64,000 bases of DNA, from positions 16,153,615-16,217,614 of the forward strand of contig CAVNZM010000002.1 of the NCBI GenBank assembly GCA_963693365.1, in the 5' to 3' direction. The stretch's first letter is position 1, and each line of letters begins with the position of its first letter. The notes under the pieces are model-generated. The model saw only the letters and a program-made list of their open reading frames with translations, searched no databases and was not told the origin of the DNA. This DNA comes from Amoebidium appalachense (lineage: Eukaryota; Protista; Ichthyosporea). The translations under genes were made by a program, and so were the position numbers. Of this stretch, positions 57,798-64,000 are shown piece after piece.

Positions 57798-58462
57798 TGT
57801 GTGCGTGCGTGCGCCTGTGTGCCCGGGTGTTTTGGTGCATGTGCATGTGCATGTGTGTGTGTGTGTCTGGGCATGTGCGTATGTGTTTGTGTGGGTATCC
57901 GGGTGGGGGAGCGCGGGCGGACGGGCGGGCAGGGGGGGGGGGGGGGGGGAGGAGGGGGAATAATCGATGGATATGCCAATAGGACGGACGAGAGCAGTCG
58001 TGGAGGAGTTAGGATGGTTACAAAAAAACCCTGTAAACTTTTTCACACTAAAGCACCTTTGAATTATGGGGGCAAGGAAGGAATTGAGGGGGGAGGGGAA
58101 CACAACCACAGTCCCACCCAAATGAATTCCAACATAAGGGAATGCTGGGGGGAGGAGATGGGGCCTGCAGATTTAAACACACACTCCTGTGTCCTCCCCC
58201 CCCCCCCCCCCCCCCAAGCATCCGCCCACTCATTCACCTAGACCCACAACACATCCACACATACGAGGCCAAAACACCGCACGGCTTACCCACCACCTCA
58301 CTGAACATTGCCAAACTGCCAAATCTCCAACCCCCCCCCCCCCCCCCTTCCACGACAACTTCCGCACACACACAACGACAACACAGTACTGGCTCCAACT
58401 TGATTGCTGCCGTGGCCAGTTGCAACCCAACGGCAATACCTGGATTCAATCCCCTTCCCCCC

Positions 58463-58493
<31 letters not shown>

Positions 58494-58695
58494 ACACAAA
58501 CACATCCCCCCGCCCCCTCTTCCTGTTATCACATCCCATCCCACACACAACCTACCTTCCTTCTCCTCTCTATGCCTCGCCTTCAACCTAACGTCAACCC
58601 CCTTCCTTCCCCATTCCCCATGCACTACACAACACACATACACACGTACACATGGTGTAAGGACGTGGCGATTCAGATTCGTGGCTCTGTGCACA

Positions 58696-58727
<32 letters not shown>

Positions 58728-58770
58728 TGTGTGGCATATCCTCGGGTGCACTTGCCATTGCGTATATGGA

Positions 58771-58826
<56 letters not shown>

Positions 58827-60217
58827 CTTTTCATACCTTTGGGTGCATTTGCCAGTGCAGCTTTCACATTTTCCAGCCACTGCTGCTGCTGGCTCTGTTT
58901 CTTGACCTGCCGACTGGACAGCCCCTTATACAGTGCACCCTGTCCCACAAAATAATGAGTTGGCAGAATATACAAGAACATTAAAGGTTAATGTATATAA
59001 AAAGCAGAACACATCCAAGTGCATGATCGTGTTGATATGGTGGAGTGGGAGAGGCGGTTGGGTTTGTCGGTAGGAGGGGGGGAGGGGGGTGTCAGTAAGG
59101 GGGGGGGGAGAGGGGGGGGGTAAGCATGGAGGGGGGGGGGGGGGGGGGGGGGGTTTGTCAGCAGAATCGGGTTCGATGGTACCAAGCACGTGTAAGAAAC
59201 CAGGTGCTGCATGATATTTATCACCCTCTCCTAGCAACTGGTTTGTGCCCACAGCTATATTTAGAACACAGCCACATACACACTTACACACTAGCCACGA
59301 GAAAAAGAAAGTGCGCCAGGGGGGGGGGGGGGGTTTGGAGAAATTTCACTGTGTTACTACCAGGCCGAGGCAGCATGTATAGATAGGGTTGCACGAGGGG
59401 GGGGGGGGGGGGGGGGGGGGGGGTGGGCTGGGGGGATGTTAATGGAGGGGATCTCCAATTAGAAAGTGAGCGACAATGAGCCTATTTGTTTGGGACATGC
59501 AAATAGATACTAATAACCATATTGGTGACTGTGCAAGGTATGATCGATAGTGTATCTTTGTATTTGGTGTGATACCTTTTGTTTCTTTGGCGGTAATGGT
59601 GGAGACAATTGCGGAGGAAGGGGGAGAGGGGGGGGGGGGGGGGGGGGGGAGGGGGGGGGGGGGGGGAGGACGAAGGGGCGGTAGCTACGGCCAGGTAGGT
59701 TTGGTATACTAATAATGCCGGGGAGAGATTCAGAGTGGTAAGGGAACGGAGAAGCTATTTTACACATGGGGGGCCATCAGCATGTGTGGCGAGTTGACCT
59801 CATACATTTCGATGAGTTGCACGTTGTGAATCGAGGAGTAATGGGGGCGGGGGAACGATGTCATGGCATGGTAGAGGAAAGTAGGGGGCACGATTTGCTA
59901 TGTGGTTCGAGTGTGCGCGTGTTGGTGGTACACATCGGATGTAGGGGGAGGGGGGAGGGATGAGGGGGAAGGTGGGGGGGGGGGGGATGAGGGGGGAGAG
60001 GTCGGGGGGGGGGGGGAGGGGGGGGTAAAAGCCTCTGCCAACAGACCTGGTAGCGCTCTGCCTCGGACATACAGGTGGTGTGTGCGGCGTAAGTCTGGCG
60101 CGTGAAGGTCTTGTTACAGTCTATGCACGACAGAGACGCACCGCGGCACGCATAGTGCGAGTCCACCTTGTTCTTCTTGAGCGACTCACCGCACCCGTCA
60201 CACTGGAACGTCACCAT
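54737..60217 (-). CDS. LYAR: Cell growth-regulating nucleolar protein LYAR
   Basis: Phase-consistent exons 60217-60047, 58939-58837, 57756-57659, 56650-56580, 55760-54737. C2HC fingers MVTFQCDGCGESLKKNKVDSH..C..LSCIDCNKTF..Y.AHTTCMSEAERY; YDNIPRKKAKFENF; K/E-rich linker; C-terminal FDWEAAIK..KKIRK. Confidence 0.95.
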
Positions 60218-60744
60218 TTTCACGCGATAACCTGCAACTAGGCACTGTAAGGGTAGGCGTATTTGGTGTGGAAACGAGTACACCTTCAACAAACGGGGAA
60301 AAAACCACGCTCCCGCAGGCCGTGGTGTGTCCGAGAAAAAGCGACTGCTGTGCTACTTCTGAACACGTGCACATGTATTTACGGGAAAAGTTTGACAACC
60401 TTTGTGTATGGTGGCTAGATTTATGCATGATTTACAGCCAATCAGCATCGAGCTAATCAGAATTTTTAAAAATCGTGTCTATATCCACCGACTATCTTCT
60501 TTATTCTGAGCCTGGGTTCGTTTTGCAAATTTAATTGTTCCGTCGTAGAATGGTGCATACGTGAAAAAATAGTGCTCGTGTTGCAGCATTGGATTATCGG
60601 CAGTACACACAAGAGGCCCAAGCTCAGTGAGGGGAAAGGAAGACAGGCCGGGTCGGCAGGGAATTTTGGCCCGGAGGTGGCAAGGGGACGTGTACTCAGT
60701 CTATCTATCATAGCCACTTATTGAAGGGCGGTGGTAACAACTAT

Positions 60745-60854
60745 ATTTTCATAATGTTGACCTGTATCCGACCCCCTTTTGGGCTTTTTGGATTGTATAC
60801 AGCGGGCGGGGAAGGGGGAAGGGGGAAGGAGGAGTGGGGAGAGGGGGGTGGGGA

Positions 60855-60923
<69 letters not shown>

Positions 60924-61144
60924 CGCAAAAATAATGGTGGTGGGGGGGGGGGGGGGGGGGGGGGGGGTGGGGGGGGGGGGGGGGGGGGAGGGGGTTTGAG
61001 TAGTATATGTTACTAAATGTGAAGTACACGATGATTATCGCAGCAGATTATTATAACACAGCACAGATTATGCCAAAATGAAGCACACACGTGTACATTG
61101 CAAAAGATCTTTTTTCTTTTTTTTTTCCCCGAGGGGGAGCCCCT

Positions 61145-61193
<49 letters not shown>

Positions 61194-61292
61194 CAATACG
61201 TCGCGCAGTAAGCGCTGACAGCCAGGGGGAGGAGGAGGACGAGAAAGGGGATGGGGGCGCCAGGGCCCGGGGCAGGGGGGCCAGGGAGGGGG

Positions 61293-61338
<46 letters not shown>

Positions 61339-61728
61339 GGCAGGTGGGCAGGGGGGCGGGGGGAGGGGGGGGGGGGGGGGGGGGGGGGTCATATGCATGG
61401 ATTGAAGTGTGTTAATTAACTTTCAGTTTATTCATCATAGCCACTTGTATATAGTCTGAGGGTAGTGGTTGAATTTTATATCATGATGTTCATAATGTTG
61501 GCCTGTATCCATGCGACTGCCTTTTTTTGCGCTTATTGAATTGTATACATCGGGGCCGGGAAGAGGGACTCCGAGGCGGGCCGGGGAAAGGGGGGAAAGG
61601 CGGGAGGCTTATAATGGTGGTGGTGATGGTGGTGATGGTGCCGTTGGGGGGGGAGGGGGGGAGGGGGGAGGCCCGGGGGGTGGAATGTGTTACTGAACGT
61701 GTACATTGCATAAGAATGATATATATAG

Positions 61729-61760
<32 letters not shown>

Positions 61761-61820
61761 GCAGGGAGAGGAGGAGGACGAGAAAGAGGAGGGGGGGGGT
61801 GGCGGGGGGCCGCGCGGGCA

Positions 61821-61852
<32 letters not shown>

Positions 61853-61885
61853 CTAATGGATTGAAATGTGCTTAACTTACTGAAT
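60745..61885. repeat. Diverged tandem duplication (about 60745-61425 and 61490-61885)
   Basis: Shared collinear anchors: TCATAATGTTG(A/G)CCTGTATCC, ATTGTATACA, ATAATGGTGGTGG, CGTGTACATTGCA, GAGGAGGAGGACGAGAAAG, ATGGATTGAA.TGTG. Confidence 0.75.
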
Positions 61886-62058
61886 ATGAAGACGCAAGGC
61901 TTAGCAACTACGGCAGACAACTCATCCGTACGGGCCAAACCAAAGCACACAGAAACAGGCAGTCACACCATTATAACAGAGCTGCATGTTTGTGTGTGTG
62001 TGTGTGTTGGGTTGGGAAGGGGGGGGGAGCCTTAGGGGGGGGGAGCCTAGGCGGAAGA

Positions 62059-62098
<40 letters not shown>

Positions 62099-62805
62099 CC
62101 TGTACATGTACGTAAATGAGCAGTAAGCGGGCTGCCAGAAAGGGGGAGGCCCGGCCCAGTTCGGCCCAGCGGACACCGGGGGGAGGGGGAAGGGGGGGGG
62201 GGGGGGGGGGAGGGGGGGGGGGGGGGGGAGGGGGTCAGGGAGGGGCCTGAGGGGGGATCCATGGGGCATGCGACACGGTCACACCGGAGGTGTACAAATG
62301 TGGCACTACACGACTTTGCGCAACGTGTGTGCGTTTTGAAGAAAGTGAGGGGCAGAGAGAGATCCTAATAACGGGAGCTCCGAGGACTGAGGAGGCCTCC
62401 CAAGGGGTGGGGAGGGGGGAGGAAGGGGGGGAGGGGGGAGGGGAGGGGAAGGGGGAGGGGGGGGGGGGGAGGGGGAGGGAGGGGGCACATTATAGCTGCC
62501 GGTAATTCTTCCAAGTGCGTGCAGATGTATGAATAATACGGGCCCTCTGCATCATTTAGAGCAGAAAATGGCAGCATTATGAAGCAGTATACATGATACA
62601 ATTTCAAATTGTCAATTTAATTTTTTGGCATCAGTAATCGCAGATTTCTTCGATCATTATCATAATTGAAACACCCCTGTTCTTCACTCGAACTTGGTCA
62701 TACTATACAAAACTATACAAACAATACAACCTATCAATCAGCAAGAAATAGAACCAGAAGGAAACATTTATCTAACTTCAAGTCTTCGCAAATGATCAAC
62801 CCTCC

Positions 62806-62846
<41 letters not shown>

Positions 62847-63587
62847 ACACACACACACGGAAGTCCAACCCCTTTCAACAAATTTATAATACAAGTGGTC
62901 AATACTTACACCACAAGCATACGAATTTGGCTAGGGATATGTACACGCCATTCCAGTCAGTAGTACATGTACCACTGCAAAATCAATATTTATGAATATA
63001 TTTCCAAGGGCACACCAAGTGCACCGTTAACAAATCCATATCGGCCAGCCTACATTCAACTTTGCAACACAATCAAGTCATTCCAGTAATCCTTTCAAAT
63101 CTCTCAAACTTATCCAAGGCATACGGTTGCCCCTGTCCTAACCCTACATCTTAACAAGCCATTCACTGCATCAAATAGCCGTAGCCTCGTTCATCATCCA
63201 TAACCATTCATCATCTACTCTTGTTCTACATACCAGACCAATTGAACAGCAAAAAAGGGATCCAAAAAAAAGGCCCTGGTAGGTGTGTTCGTGTGTGTGT
63301 GCTTGGGAGGGGATGGGGAGGATTAGGGGGGGAGGAAGAGGGAGGGGGGGGGGGAGGGGGGAGGGGGAGGGGGGAAGAGAGGAGAGGCATGCAACAAGCA
63401 AGGAGAAACCCTATATTCCTGAAGCATGGAAATCTGGCATCGTGCTTGGTTAAGGTTTGTGCTATTGACCAGGAGGCTACAGTCCTAGGCGGAACCATTC
63501 CCAAATGGTGGAGACCCAACCCCGTCCACATCCATAGTAGCCATGGATGGGCGCCGAGGAAACACAAACACGTCCTGTGTGTGCAAC

Positions 63588-63632
<45 letters not shown>

Positions 63633-63662
63633 ATGTGCGTATGCGCGTGTGTGTGTGTGTGC

Positions 63663-63712
<50 letters not shown>

Positions 63713-63819
63713 CGGTGAATGTGTGAGCGCGTAAGGGGCCTACTAAGAGTTCCGTTTGGAGCCCGTGGCAATCAATAGAACGGTGAATATACCATAGCGT
63801 ACGGGTTGTGGGCTTTTCT

Positions 63820-63861
<42 letters not shown>

Positions 63862-64000
63862 CCTTGTGTTTGGGTTGGGGGGGGGGGGGGGGGGGGGGGG
63901 GATGGGGGCAGGGCAGGCTCGCAGAAGGAGAAGAGGAGGGGAGAAACTGGAAGGCAAAGATTGGTGATGCTACAGAATATGGCATACAAGGATACACTAC

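Overview
Eukaryotic genomic DNA: GT-AG spliceosomal genes whose introns are packed with poly-C/poly-G, (CA)n/(GT)n and (GA)n tracts. These tracts explain almost all of the low-complexity ORFs in the supplied track. By manual splicing I reconstruct eight host genes: an NRBP/WNK-family pseudokinase (5' part not resolved), a KCTD-type BTB protein with a C1q/TNF-like tail, MMADHC (cblD), a Phactr/Bni4-like PP1 regulator, a T1-less Shaker-like Kv channel, a tandem-domain GT31 glycosyltransferase, a single-PDZ protein and LYAR. The mobile elements are varied: a PIF/Harbinger deletion derivative, three Tc1/mariner-type MITEs (two of one family), a possible TTAA-flanked MITE, a decayed Helitron fragment, and a DIRS-type retroelement. 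The retroelement encodes only RT-RNaseH-adenine methylase, lies between 162-bp highly structured direct repeats, and has no visible gag or tyrosine recombinase; it is the most unusual object in the window. The gene set suggests a unicellular opisthokont/holozoan (inference only). All family assignments come from motif recognition by eye, not database searches.
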